64,000 nt of DNA from Clostridia bacterium (GCA_030530315.1 JAUMVG010000003.1:62495-126494), one strand, 5' to 3'. Positions 20,101-28,703 are shown, numbered from the stretch's first letter. The notes: generated by a model not told the origin, from the letters alone. Numbers and translations: made by a program.

Positions 20101-21855
20101 GGCCATCGCGCCGATCATGCGCCGGAGCTCGTCCGGCAGTACCCGGGTGTCGGCGTCCAGCGTCACCACCAGGGCGAAGCGCCCGCGCAGGCGCGCGCAG
20201 GCGGCGTTCTCCGCCGAGAAGGCATGCTCCGCTCCCGGCAGCCCCAGCAGCAGCCGGTTCAGGTCCATCAGCGCGCCGCGCTTGCGGTCCCGTCCCATCC
20301 AGATCCCGTCCGGCTTTAGCAGCGTCCGGCTGCGGTGCAGAAAGGCATACTTCTCCCGTCCCGCCCGGGCGTTCATCCCAGCGATCCTCTCCCTGGCCCG
20401 GGCCAGCACCGCCGCGTCCCCGGTCTGTTCGGCCCCGACCGCGTCCGCGAAGTCCCCCAGGAGCAGGTATTCAATGTTTGGGTCCGCCTCCAGGCAGCCC
20501 AGCGCCTCCAGTCGGTCGCAGGCCTCGTCCACGCGATTGATGTCGGAGAGCAGCACCGGCAGCGTCACCAGCGTGCGCAGGTCGTCCGGCACGCGCTCGA
20601 GCTCCAGTTTCAGCAGCCGAGCGGGCCTGAAGAACAGCGGATACAGCCGCCCTATGACGGCGGAGGCGGCGGTCCACGCCGCGAACAGACAGGGCAGGCA
20701 CAGCCAAATATCGCCCGCGATGCGGGTCAGAGCCGCCCACAGCAGGGCCGTCAGCATAAGCAGCGCGGCCACGGTGCGCCTGCCGCGAGGGTCGGGCACG
20801 AGCCTGGGCAGGCGCACCTCGCTCCGGCCCAGCCGTTCGAACAGCGCCTTTCGGCCCTCGTCGTCCCGGAGCCACCAGCAGACATCTCCCTGCAGGCCCT
20901 CCCCCTCCCGGGCGGCGTCCGCGGCGCACTGGGCCACCGCGATCTCCGGCAGCTCCAGCCGCCGGGCAATGCGGGCCACCTCCTCCCTCACGGCGCCGCG
21001 GGATTCCTCGTCCATTTCGCGATAGCAACCCGCAGAGGGCGCCCGCAGAGCCCCGTCCACCCGGGAAAGGCGCTCGAAGCAATCCCGCCAGCGCAGGTCC
21101 TCCAGCAGGCGGCGGGCGTCCAGCAGGTTTGACAGCCGCAGTTCGTCCCGCGCCGCCGAAGCCTGGGCCTGCCGAGCCGCGTCCTCGGCGGACAGTCCCA
21201 GCCGCAAAAGCGCCCTCTCCAGCAGGTGGCGGGCCCGGGGCGATCCCGCGCTCTCGGCGCGGCTGAGGGCCGAAGTGAGAAACGCGACGTCTCTGCGCAG
21301 GCCCTTCGCCGTGGGCCTGCGGGCCCACGCGGCCCCTTGGGCGGCGCGTTCCGCCCGCCCCGCGATGGACAGCGCCACGTCCGCGAGGCACCGGGACAGC
21401 GCCACGCGCAGGGCGTCCGGCACGGCCCACAGCTCCGAGGTGGTCAGGGGCTGGGCAGCGTCCAGCGCCTTGAGGGCATCCATCAGCCGGGACAGGGACA
21501 GGGCGGCGTCGCCCCCGGCGCACAGCGCCTCCAGCGCCGCTTCGATCCGCGGCCTCCCGGACCAGGCGGGCAGGCGCTGCCCACCCTCCCGGATGGCCCT
21601 GCGGGCGCAGTTCTCGGCCAGCCGCCCATCCCGCACCAGGCGGGAAAGCGCCTCGTCTTCCGCCATGCCGCCGCGCTCCAGCCGACGCGCCCTTGTGAGA
21701 GCGGACTCCAGGCGGCGCAATGTGCGCCTCTCAAGGCGCAGCACGGCCTCCCCGGACGGCACGTTGAGCCCCGCGAGGCAGCGCATCATGGCCGCGCCGT
21801 CCTCCCCCTCGCCCTCAAAGCCGGTCCACCTTCCGGCGGCAAAAAAACGGTTCAT
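14152..21855 (-). CDS. Cyclic beta-1,2-glucan synthase-like multidomain protein (membrane GT domain, glucoamylase-like middle domain, GH94 phosphorylase-like C-terminus)
   Basis: GT motifs VVTLDADTRV, ILSHDLVEG and RRQNRWMRGDWQ; (alpha/alpha)6-like middle region; C-terminal TGDWNDGMN GH94-type motif; start set at ATG 21855 (MNRFF) behind AGGGAGGA. Confidence 0.85.
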   Translation of the reverse strand: MNRFFAAGRWTGFEGEGEDGAAMMRCLAGLNVPSGEAVLRLERRTLRRLESALTRARRLERGGMAEDEALSRLVRDGRLAENCARRAIREGGQRLPAWSGRPRIEAALEALCAGGDAALSLSRLMDALKALDAAQPLTTSELWAVPDALRVALSRCLADVALSIAGRAERAAQGAAWARRPTAKGLRRDVAFLTSALSRAESAGSPRARHLLERALLRLGLSAEDAARQAQASAARDELRLSNLLDARRLLEDLRWRDCFERLSRVDGALRAPSAGCYREMDEESRGAVREEVARIARRLELPEIAVAQCAADAAREGEGLQGDVCWWLRDDEGRKALFERLGRSEVRLPRLVPDPRGRRTVAALLMLTALLWAALTRIAGDIWLCLPCLFAAWTAASAVIGRLYPLFFRPARLLKLELERVPDDLRTLVTLPVLLSDINRVDEACDRLEALGCLEADPNIEYLLLGDFADAVGAEQTGDAAVLARARERIAGMNARAGREKYAFLHRSRTLLKPDGIWMGRDRKRGALMDLNRLLLGLPGAEHAFSAENAACARLRGRFALVVTLDADTRVLPDELRRMIGAMAHPLNRPGEGRGYAVLQPRMEMLPSACVNGFVALFAGNGGLNAYPVAASDLWQDVTGCGIYAGKGIYDVAAFYHRLEGALPEGRILSHDLVEGSIAGAGRLNDVACFDGYPGSLAAALRRQNRWMRGDWQLLPLLLSRGPLPNGARLDGAARYRMADNLVRSLRAPALLALLLAGAWTGNAGALLAALAVVYLEPALQIGGGDALKWRRATAELALLPAFAGCALDAACRTLWRLVVSGRRLMEWVTAADAEKGSGDSTATRLPGFVAALLLVPGLFNPGWALASAALMALFLVGPGWIRDMEHEPIGKPEIPGGRDRSKFEALARETWRFFEAVVPPEGSGLPPDNWQLDPPVGPARRTSPTNIALYMLGCVSAMRLGFIGVPEARARMARTVATLEGLEKWRGNPYNWYDIDALAPLRPRYVSSVDGGNLAAALLLCAAAPETGSALARRMRALAEGMDLAALYDEDLELFAVGMDVESGRLSASHYDLLASEARMLSFVAMMLGQVPIRHWRRLGRACTAVAGGVVPLSWSGTMFEYLMPELFLRAPANTLLGEGVRAAVEAQRAQGRRAKRPWGISESGYCAFDAALNYQYRAFGLGELALEGNAVEDVIAPYATALAAMLAPRAAAENLRRMTALGWRGEWGLYEAADCLRPDGEGRPSLVKSHMAHHQGMILCALCNVLTGDSLCADFMRLPEARALSLLLEERPCESATPRGRDRLAAYPAPGRVERRHAHRLDGNSAVPGTWLLHGDGATALWTSDGAVYYARFGVNATRFSGDLQDRRDRACVHLRDEDRGAEAVLGGEGSRTACEPGGVEAFARLERVEAALRVCVSPEDGTLYRSVELRNAGDRVARLSLTDAVPVALASDGDWQAHAIYQNLFVESARLAGDGLLFRRRPRSPEEKCPVLVHAATPAPSEFETDYERLVGRTGDTGHPGGITGSLSGGTGDTLNPVSALRVRLTLAPGQRTRVTFALALLEEERMAGAWLERSRNADRAERAMRLASMRARAMLGFLGLKDERHALLQRMAALLADGRLAAQARGPRPGEPGTSPELLWPLGLSGDRPMLLVRASGENLDAAREAVRAHAFFHALGLEVDLMLVDDGEGGYARPLRDAMEAMIAASHLNRLRRVSGGAWLLDGGALTEDQRRALERSASAAFDAGGDFYAQLRRRLSALDAPRGMPIRPLDIGASTLRRGERLCGNGFGGFLPEGGYAVDVAPDRLPPAPWCNILANDAGGALLSERGGGFFWRGNSRSGRLTPYGNDALWEGWGITLWLLDEARGEALSLLPGVATSMPFEVRYDAGSARYAFETRRLAGAIRFAQAEALPETRIEVRLENRNLRSGRFRLLACVNWLMGTDARDAVRLNAWHEAGACLVTGAMPGSGYLAFAEPGAQAGPGRAALLGGGDFPRPMGLAAASGGEGWSLALPVRLSQGEEKTFHLALGWAGDAEAALARAANLREECRAAGKGGEKGSGGETRTSGPKPLEERLVIETPVAGLNRLANDFLLHQVRASRVLGRAGLYQPGGAYGFRDQLQDMLALLQDEPERVRAHLLRCAARQFEDGDVLHWWHESFTGVRTRVSDDLLFLPWVTAAYVRRTGDAAVLEETVTYLEPVEIPEGREDVYREMRPGTAEDTLHGHCMRALRRAARFGAHGLLLMGTGDWNDGMNRVGNLGRGESVWLTEFWIACAQAYREIAGDAGDRAWLSEVSQRLRPAVENFGWDGNWYLRAYADDGEPLGSAACAACRIDAISQAWAVLAGLDPWRCRRAMDAAWELLADEEHGLIRLLTPPFDGAGLDPGYIAAYPPGVRENGGQYTHGALWLLLALIRMGDGERAHRALRMLLPFNHSDTEEKALRYRVEPYVMAADVYDRPGKAGRGGWTWYTGSAAWLYLCLLELLGYERRENRVRLNALLGDWPRACVTVPFGKSRYRLVCDKEAARVTLDGKEVEGEFIELIDDGRIHEAVFPERKARRLR

Positions 21856-22082
21856 ACTCAATCCTCCCTGCATTGCGCAAGCTGTCATCAGTATGAGCCG
21901 TTTTGGGGGCAATTATGATCATTGTGTGCCGTCTGTCCGAGCGCTGAAGACGGTGGCGACGCCCATGGGCGTGCCGCGTCGCTCCCGGGATCACCGGCTG
22001 TACCGGATCGCGGGCTTATACTAAACACCATATCGGTGCGCCGGCACGGTGTTTAGTATTGGAGGTCCAAAAGCGCAAAGGA

Positions 22083-22105
22083 CGCCGGGACTTCCCGTCC
22101 CGGCG
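22083..22105 (-). terminator. Terminator hairpin after the coiled-coil gene
   Basis: CGCCGGGAC-TTCC-GTCCCGGCG; minus strand continues TCCTTTGCGCTTTT. Confidence 0.55.
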
Positions 22106-22129
22106 GTCAAATTCCTTGGTTTCGAATGC

Positions 22130-22771
22130 TTACTCGTTCTCGTCGCCCAGCTCGGCGCGGCGGCGGCGAATGTTCTTGCAGGCCTCGGTCATCTGGTCCT
22201 CCACGGACGCCAGCAGCTGGTAGGCGTCATGCTGGGCCTTCAGCCGCATTTCGCTGGCCTCCACGCGGGCGTCGTTCTTGATGATGCGGGCCTCCTCGCG
22301 GGCCTGGCGCATGATCTCGCTCTCGTCGATCATGTGGTCGGCGCGCTCCTGGGCGTCCTCCAGTATGGCGCGGGCCTCGTTTTCGGCGTCCAGCACCCGC
22401 TGCTCGGCGTCCTCGCGGGCGCGCTCCAGCGCGGCGTTGACGCGCATCTCGGCAGAGCTGATGCGATTCATCGCCTTGGTCTCGGCTTCGGACATGATCC
22501 GCTCCTGCTCGGAATACATCTGCAGGCCGTACTGCACGGCGTCGGGCAGGTTCTTCTCCATGTCGTCAATAATCATCAGGCACTTTTCCGCATCGATGAG
22601 TTTTTTGCCGGTCAGCGGCACGCTGGTGCCCGCGTTGATCGCCGCGCGGATGTGCTTGAGCAGTTCGAGGAAGTAACGCATGTCGTTGACTTCATCGTTT
22701 TGCTGCGCCTGCGGGGCTTCGCTGTTCTCCAGCTCCTCATCCTCGTAGAACTTTTCCTGATCGCGATCCAT
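22130..22771 (-). CDS. Hypothetical coiled-coil protein (ATP synthase b/E-like heptad-rich)
   Basis: 213 aa, acidic N-terminus then long E/A/R/Q-rich helix; good RBS GGAAAGGAAGGG. Confidence 0.7.
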   Translation of the reverse strand: MDRDQEKFYEDEELENSEAPQAQQNDEVNDMRYFLELLKHIRAAINAGTSVPLTGKKLIDAEKCLMIIDDMEKNLPDAVQYGLQMYSEQERIMSEAETKAMNRISSAEMRVNAALERAREDAEQRVLDAENEARAILEDAQERADHMIDESEIMRQAREEARIIKNDARVEASEMRLKAQHDAYQLLASVEDQMTEACKNIRRRRAELGDENE

Positions 22772-22869
22772 CGTTTAGCCCTTCCTTTCCGCATCCGGCG
22801 GCGCCCGATGCAGCTTAGTCCAACCGGCCGAGCCGGTCCATCTGTTCAAATGCGTTCACGCTGCGCGGC

Positions 22870-23430
22870 TCACTCCGCGCCGACCTCGACGAAATCCACC
22901 GCCGTGTCGCTGTAGAGGCGGGTATCGATCACCCTGAACGGCTCCGGTAGCACTGGCTGTGCCGATTTCAGCCGTTCCAGAACGATCAGGCAGCCCGGCG
23001 CGAGCATCTCCCCGGCATGCAGCCGGGACAGCGCGTCGCCGTAGGCCTCCACCATCCTGTAGGGCGGGTCGAGGAATACCAGGTCGAACAGCCTGCCCTC
23101 CATCGCGCCGATGGCGCTGCGGTAATCCTGGCGGAAAATATGAACCTTGAGTTCAAAATCCTCCTTCAGGACGCTGCGCGCGTTGCGATCGATGACCTGC
23201 TGCGCGGCGCGGGAACTGTCGACGATGACCGCGCAGTCCGCGCCCCGGCTGAGCGCCTCCAATGCCAGCGCCCCGGTGCCGCCGAACAGATCCAGCACCC
23301 GGGCATCCAGCACCCGGGAACCGATGATGTTGAACAGCGACCCCCTGATCTTGTCGGAAGTGGGGCGCGTGTCGGAGCCTCCGGGCGCATAGAGCGTGCG
23401 TCCCTTGGCCTCTCCGGATATGATACGCAT
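22870..23430 (-). CDS. rsmD: 16S rRNA (guanine966-N2)-methyltransferase RsmD
   Basis: RIISGEAKGR, TRPTSDKIRGSLFN, DLFGGTGALALEALSRGA and FLDPPY motifs. Confidence 0.9.
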   Translation of the reverse strand: MRIISGEAKGRTLYAPGGSDTRPTSDKIRGSLFNIIGSRVLDARVLDLFGGTGALALEALSRGADCAVIVDSSRAAQQVIDRNARSVLKEDFELKVHIFRQDYRSAIGAMEGRLFDLVFLDPPYRMVEAYGDALSRLHAGEMLAPGCLIVLERLKSAQPVLPEPFRVIDTRLYSDTAVDFVEVGAE

Positions 23431-23502
23431 AGCTTCACCTATGATATTGCCTTAATTATATCATAATTGTGCAATATTTGCAATCGGTTTTTCGAAAAAA
23501 AA

Positions 23503-24147
23503 TCAAATTTCAGGCTTTTGCGTCCGAGGCGCGCGTTTCTTGACCACGCGGGACTTCGCCTTGGCCCTGCGCTTGCCCTGGGCCATGGCCTGTTCAGACT
23601 TCGCCCACAGCTTCGGGCCCTGCATGTAGCCCGCAAACAGGCACCCCGGCAGCACGAAGGGCGAGATCATCAGCACCGCGGCCACCACGCCGGTCAGCCG
23701 ATCGAAGGTGTTGTACCAAGGCAGCACCACCGGCCAGTAGGGCGTCGCCAGCACCCAGGAGAGGATCCGGGTGGGCATGACCAGCGGCTCGAGGTTCAGC
23801 AGGCTGCACAGGATGTACAGGCACCCGATGATGTAGGGCACCAGCGCGCAGGCGAACATGCCCTTGAGGCCCTTGTTCACGCCCCAGGCCCGGTTGATCA
23901 CCTTCTGGTCCAGCTGGCCGTGGGCGGGGCTTTTGGGATCGGCGGCCTTCTCCACCGTCTGGAGCAGCCCGCAGGCGTTGTGGCCGAAATCCATGCCCTG
24001 CCGGAAGGAAAAGAACATCGCCAGCACCAGGGCGATCAGCCCCAGCACGATCCACGCCGTGTTGTTCAGGCTGAACAGCGCCAGGTTCAGCAGCACCAGC
24101 AAAAACGTCGTCGTTGCGGTAGCCTTCCACATATCTCCTGTGCTCAT
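23503..24147 (-). CDS. Hypothetical membrane protein with basic C-terminal tail
   Basis: Several hydrophobic segments; Lys/Arg-rich C-terminus; ATG 24147 lies 7 nt after GGAGGA. Confidence 0.6.
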   Translation of the reverse strand: MSTGDMWKATATTTFLLVLLNLALFSLNNTAWIVLGLIALVLAMFFSFRQGMDFGHNACGLLQTVEKAADPKSPAHGQLDQKVINRAWGVNKGLKGMFACALVPYIIGCLYILCSLLNLEPLVMPTRILSWVLATPYWPVVLPWYNTFDRLTGVVAAVLMISPFVLPGCLFAGYMQGPKLWAKSEQAMAQGKRRAKAKSRVVKKRAPRTQKPEI

Positions 24148-24169
24148 ACCCAAATCCTCCAGATGCGTT

Positions 24170-25267
24170 TCAATCGATCACTTCGACGGGCACCCGCGCG
24201 CCGAACCCCAGCATGATCTCGTAGGGGATGGTCTCGGCGCACGCCGCCAGCTCCTCGGGCGTGATGCGCTCGTCGCCCTGCCTGCCCAGCAGAACGACTT
24301 CGTCCTCCAGGGACACGCCGGGGATGTCGGTGACGTCCGCCATGATCATGTCCATGCACACGCGGCCCACCAGAGGGGCCCGCCTGCCCTGCACCAGCAC
24401 GCTGGCGCGGTTGCTCAGGAGCCTGGGGTAGCCGTCGCCGTAGCCGATGGGCAGCGTCATGATGACGCGCTCGCTTGGGGCAGTGTAGGTCCGCCCGTAG
24501 CCCACGGTGTCCCCCGTGGCGATGCGCTGGATGCGCACGGGCCGGGTGACCAGCGTCTGGGCGCAGGTCAGCCTGCCCTCCAGCCGGGGCACACAGCAGC
24601 CATAGAGGCCGATGCCGGGGCGGACCATGTCATACTGCAATTCGGGTTCAAACATGGCGGAGGTGGCCGCCGCGTGGGCGATGGGCGAAAAGCCCGCCTC
24701 GCGCACCCGGGCCAGCGCCGCCTTGAAGCGCTCGTTCTGCCGCGCGGTGAACGCCGGGTCGTCCTCTGCGGCGCAGAAGTGGGTGAAGATGCCCTCCATG
24801 TCCACATGGGGGCAGCGCCGCCAGCAGGCCAGCATCGCCGCCAGGTCCTCGTCGTCGCGCACGCCGATGCGGGACATGCCCGTGTCGATCTTCAAATGGG
24901 CCTTCGCGCGGATGCCAAGCCTCGCGGCCTCGTCCTCCAGGATGTCCAGCATGCCCGGGGTGTAGACCGCCTGGGACGCCTGTGCCCGCACGGCCTGGCG
25001 CAGCGATTCCTCGCAGCCGCCGCCCAGGATCAGGATCATCCCCCGGATGCCCGCCCGGTGCAGCTGCTCGGCCTCCTCGACCATGGCCACCGCGAAAGCG
25101 TCCGCACCGTCGGCCTGCAGCTTCGAAGCCGTCTTCACCGCGTCGTGCCCATAGGCGTCCGCCTTCACGACGCACATCATACGCACCTTTGCCGGAAGCA
25201 GCTCGCGCATGGCGCGGGCGTTGGCAACAATCGCCTCAGTGGAAATTTTCAAAACCGTCGGTCGCAT
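24170..25267 (-). CDS. alr: Alanine racemase
   Basis: PLP-lysine motif VVKADAYGHD and C-terminal GRVCMDM. Confidence 0.95.
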   Translation of the reverse strand: MRPTVLKISTEAIVANARAMRELLPAKVRMMCVVKADAYGHDAVKTASKLQADGADAFAVAMVEEAEQLHRAGIRGMILILGGGCEESLRQAVRAQASQAVYTPGMLDILEDEAARLGIRAKAHLKIDTGMSRIGVRDDEDLAAMLACWRRCPHVDMEGIFTHFCAAEDDPAFTARQNERFKAALARVREAGFSPIAHAAATSAMFEPELQYDMVRPGIGLYGCCVPRLEGRLTCAQTLVTRPVRIQRIATGDTVGYGRTYTAPSERVIMTLPIGYGDGYPRLLSNRASVLVQGRRAPLVGRVCMDMIMADVTDIPGVSLEDEVVLLGRQGDERITPEELAACAETIPYEIMLGFGARVPVEVID

Positions 25268-25403
25268 GGAGCCTCCTCGCCGCTCAGGGCCTCGGGAAAC
25301 CGGCGATTCTTCCCCGGCTTTCCGTAATAATGGATATTATAGTCTATTTTTGCCCGAATTGCAACATGAATGTCCAATTGCGGTCATTTTTAATACTTGC
25401 GTA

Positions 25404-25432
25404 TTGCAAAAGCCCACGGGAATGTGTATACT
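25404..25432 (+). promoter_or_regulatory. Sigma-A type promoter
   Basis: TTGCAA 25404-25409, 17-nt spacer, TATACT 25427-25432. Confidence 0.55.
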
Positions 25433-25474
25433 ATAATGTAGTTGAATTTGCGCGTATCGCGACGGAGGTATCCC

Positions 25475-26407
25475 ATGGGCATTCGCAACCTGATGAACAA
25501 CTACTTCTACGGCAAGCAGGGCAAGGGAGACTTCACCATTGAAAACCTTCCCCAGAACCGCCGCCAGCTCTTCGGCGAGGTGCTGAAGGTGCGCTGGAGC
25601 GCCATGTTCGGCGTCAACCTGCTGTACATGATCATCTGGATTCCCGCCATCATATGGACTTTTCTAAACGTCGTCACGCTGTACAGCATGCTGACCGTCG
25701 AGACCGGGATCGACATGGACGGGGTCTCCAGCCTGATCGCCACCTACCTGCTGATCATGGTGCCCTGCGTCACCATCACCGGCCCCTTCAACGCGGGCGT
25801 CACCTACGTGCTGCGCAACTGGGCCCGGGACGAGCACAGCTTCGTGCTCAGCGACTTCAAGGACGCCGTGAAGGCCAACTGGAAGCAGTCGCTGGTGGTC
25901 GCGCTGATCGACGGCGCCATCCCCTTCCTGATGTACACCTGCTGGCGCTTCTACGGCGGCCTGCTGAGCCAGAGCTCGCTGTACCTGCTGCCCACGGCGC
26001 TGGTGCTGCTGGTGACCGTCGTCTGGACGCTGGCCAGCATGCTCGCCTATCCGATGCTGATCACCTACGACCTGAAGCTGAAGGACGTCATCCGCAACTC
26101 CGTACTGCTGTCCCTCGCCAAGCTGCCCTTCTCGGTGCTGATCAAGCTGTCCACGCTGGTGCTGCCGGCCGTGGCCTTCGGCCTCATGCTGCTGATCCCC
26201 TCCATCCAGATGCACATCGTGATGGTGGTGGTGCTGCTCTACCTGCTGTTCATGGTGGCCTTCAACAAGCTGATCACCGTCTCCTACGCCAACTGGCTGT
26301 GCGAGACCTACCTGAACCCCCGCATCGAGGGCGCGCGCACCAACATCGGCCTGCGCCCGGAGAACTGGGACGACGTGACCTACATCCCCGAAGACGACGA
26401 GGACTGA
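25475..26407 (+). CDS. YesL (DUF624) family membrane protein
   Basis: Polytopic membrane protein with an N-terminus typical of DUF624; GGAGG RBS before ATG 25475. Confidence 0.6.
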   Translation: MGIRNLMNNYFYGKQGKGDFTIENLPQNRRQLFGEVLKVRWSAMFGVNLLYMIIWIPAIIWTFLNVVTLYSMLTVETGIDMDGVSSLIATYLLIMVPCVTITGPFNAGVTYVLRNWARDEHSFVLSDFKDAVKANWKQSLVVALIDGAIPFLMYTCWRFYGGLLSQSSLYLLPTALVLLVTVVWTLASMLAYPMLITYDLKLKDVIRNSVLLSLAKLPFSVLIKLSTLVLPAVAFGLMLLIPSIQMHIVMVVVLLYLLFMVAFNKLITVSYANWLCETYLNPRIEGARTNIGLRPENWDDVTYIPEDDED

Positions 26408-26520
26408 CCGCCCTCATTGGCATTCCAGCGCCCCCCGGAAACGCACCATCCCAAACCCTTCCGCCGCGGCTGCCGTCGGATACGGCCGTCGCGGCGCTGT
26501 TATGAACTGGAGGAAAAGCC

Positions 26521-27741
26521 ATGCCCGCACGACCCGAGCTGCTCGCGCCCGCCGGAGACCTGGAGCGCCTGGATACCGCGCTGCGTTTCGGCGCGGACGC
26601 CGTATACGTGGGCGGACCTCGCCTGCAGCTGCGCTCCGGCGGCGTGGGCTTCTCCATGGACGACCTCGCCGAGGCCGCCCGCCGGGCCCACCGGATCGGC
26701 AGGAAGCTGTACGTCACCGTGAACGCCTTCCCCACCAACGACGAGCTGGACGCCCTGGGGGACTACGCCCAGGCCCTGCTCGGCGCGGGCGCGGACGCCG
26801 CCATCGTGGCGGACCTGGGGGCCATCTCCGTGATGCGCCGGGCCGCGCCGGCGCTGGACATCCACGTCAGCACCCAGGCCAACTGCCTGAACTACGCCGC
26901 CGCCCGGGCCTATTGGGACATGGGCGCCACCCGCGTGGTGCTGGGCCGGGAAATGACGCTGGAGCAGATCGCCCAGCTGCGGGCCAAGACCCCCGCGGCC
27001 CTGGAGCTGGAGGCCTTCGTCCACGGGGCGATGTGCATGGCCTGGTCCGGCCGGTGCATGATCAGCGCCTTTTTGACGGGCCGCAGCGCCAACCGGGGTG
27101 CCTGCACCCAGTCCTGCCGCTGGCGCTACCACTTGGTGGAGGAGAAGCGCCCCGGCGAGTTCTTTCCCATCGAGGAGGACGAGCGGGGCACCACCCTGCT
27201 GAGCTCCTTTGACCTGAACTGCATCGACTTCCTGGACCAAATCATCGACGCCGGCGTGACCTCGCTGAAGATCGAGGGCCGCATGAAGTCCCCCTTCTAC
27301 GTGGCCGCCGTCACCAACGCCTACCGCCGCCGCGTCGACGGCATCCTGAACGGAAAACCCGCGCCGGAGGAAATCGACGCGCTGCGCCGGGAGCTGGACA
27401 CCGTCAGCCACCGGGCCTACGCCTCCGGCTTCTACTTCGGCGAGATGAAGCGCCACGCGCCGGAGGACGGCGTCTACCTGCAGGACTGCGCCTTCGTGGG
27501 CGTGGTCAGGCAGCGGCTGGACGGCGGCCGCGTCCGGGTGGAGGTGCGCAACCCCATCCGAGAGGGCGACACCCTGGAGGTGCTCTCCCCCCACAGCCTG
27601 GGGTTGAGCTTCCCCGCCGCCCGCATGACCGACGCCGAGGGCCGGCCCATCGCGGCCGCCTCGGTGCCCCTGTCGCTGTTCGATGTGGACGCGCCGGAGG
27701 CCGTGGAACCCGGTGACCTGCTGAGGCTCCGGCTGCGCTGA
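26521..27741 (+). CDS. Peptidase U32 family protein (probable Fe-S hydroxylase)
   Basis: ELLAPAGDLERLDTALRFGADAVYVGG N-terminus; Cys motif C-x6-C-x15-C-x3-C in GAMCMAWSGRCMISAFLTGRSANRGACTQSCRW. Confidence 0.85.
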   Translation: MPARPELLAPAGDLERLDTALRFGADAVYVGGPRLQLRSGGVGFSMDDLAEAARRAHRIGRKLYVTVNAFPTNDELDALGDYAQALLGAGADAAIVADLGAISVMRRAAPALDIHVSTQANCLNYAAARAYWDMGATRVVLGREMTLEQIAQLRAKTPAALELEAFVHGAMCMAWSGRCMISAFLTGRSANRGACTQSCRWRYHLVEEKRPGEFFPIEEDERGTTLLSSFDLNCIDFLDQIIDAGVTSLKIEGRMKSPFYVAAVTNAYRRRVDGILNGKPAPEEIDALRRELDTVSHRAYASGFYFGEMKRHAPEDGVYLQDCAFVGVVRQRLDGGRVRVEVRNPIREGDTLEVLSPHSLGLSFPAARMTDAEGRPIAAASVPLSLFDVDAPEAVEPGDLLRLRLR

Positions 27742-27833
27742 CGCGCCCGCTACGGCCAATCCCAACGCGGACACGCCCCCTTTGATCCGGCGCGCGCCTG
27801 CCGCCGCTTCCCTCCGAACCGATTCCATCAACG

Positions 27834-28703
27834 ATGAAAGAGACCAAACGCATGTCTAAGAAATCCAAGGCGGCGCGCGCCGCCGCGAAGCGCACGGGCC
27901 TGGGCCTGCTGGCCGTCGCGCTGCTGGCCGTGGGGCTGTACCTCTCCGGCGGCACGCGGGAATACCACGGCGCCCAGGGCGTGGAGGCCCAGCTGGCCGA
28001 GAGCCGCTCGATGCTGGAGGCGATGGAAGCCCGGGAGCCCGTCGACCTGAACGCCGAGCTGAAGCGGCAGCGGCGGGAGCGGCTGGCCGCGCGCAACGGC
28101 ATCCTGGTGGACGACCTCGCCGCCGAGCAGCAGAAGATCCTGGCGCTGACCGAATGGAGCGAGGCGGACCTGACCCGCTGGTTCGACGGCACCGCCATCA
28201 TGGGCGACTCCATCGTCCGGCAGACCCGGCTGTTCCACTACCTGGACGCGCCGGTGTTCGCCGAGGGCGGCATCCACCTGTCCATAGAATTGGACATGCT
28301 GGACCAGGTGGAGGCCGTCGCCCCGTCGGTGATCTTCATGTGCTTCGGCATGAACGACGTAGGCGTGTTCGAGGAGCGTGTGGACCGCTACATCGGCCGC
28401 TACTCCGCCTGCATCCGACGGCTGCAGATCAGCCTGCCGGAGGCGGTGATCTACGTGCAGGCCATACTGCCGGTCACCGACAAGGCCCTCAAGGGGCACG
28501 GCGACTACCAGTACATCGACCTGTACAACGCCGAGATGGAGAAGATGTGCAAGGAACTGGGGGCGTACTACGTCGACGCCAGCTTCATACTGGAGGCCAT
28601 GCCGGAGCTCTACGCCCCGGACGGCGTCCACCCCCGTCGGGAGTACTACCCGATGTGGCTGACCTATCTTGCCGACATTGCGGGGTTATCCAATGAACAG
28701 TAA
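27834..28703 (+). CDS. SGNH/GDSL hydrolase family protein, membrane anchored
   Basis: N-terminal TM; blocks MGDS, FGMND and DGVHP; alternative ATG at 27852. Confidence 0.75.
   Translation: MKETKRMSKKSKAARAAAKRTGLGLLAVALLAVGLYLSGGTREYHGAQGVEAQLAESRSMLEAMEAREPVDLNAELKRQRRERLAARNGILVDDLAAEQQKILALTEWSEADLTRWFDGTAIMGDSIVRQTRLFHYLDAPVFAEGGIHLSIELDMLDQVEAVAPSVIFMCFGMNDVGVFEERVDRYIGRYSACIRRLQISLPEAVIYVQAILPVTDKALKGHGDYQYIDLYNAEMEKMCKELGAYYVDASFILEAMPELYAPDGVHPRREYYPMWLTYLADIAGLSNEQ

Noticed and set aside
14110-20319. Very long plus-strand ORFs (969 aa at 14110-17019 and 824 aa at 17845-20319) opposite the glucan synthase gene
   Set aside because: They are antisense to a gene with clear catalytic motifs. 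Their translations are Arg/Pro/Gly/Ala-rich and low in complexity, as expected for stop-poor frames in high-GC DNA, and they have no RBS or recognisable motif.
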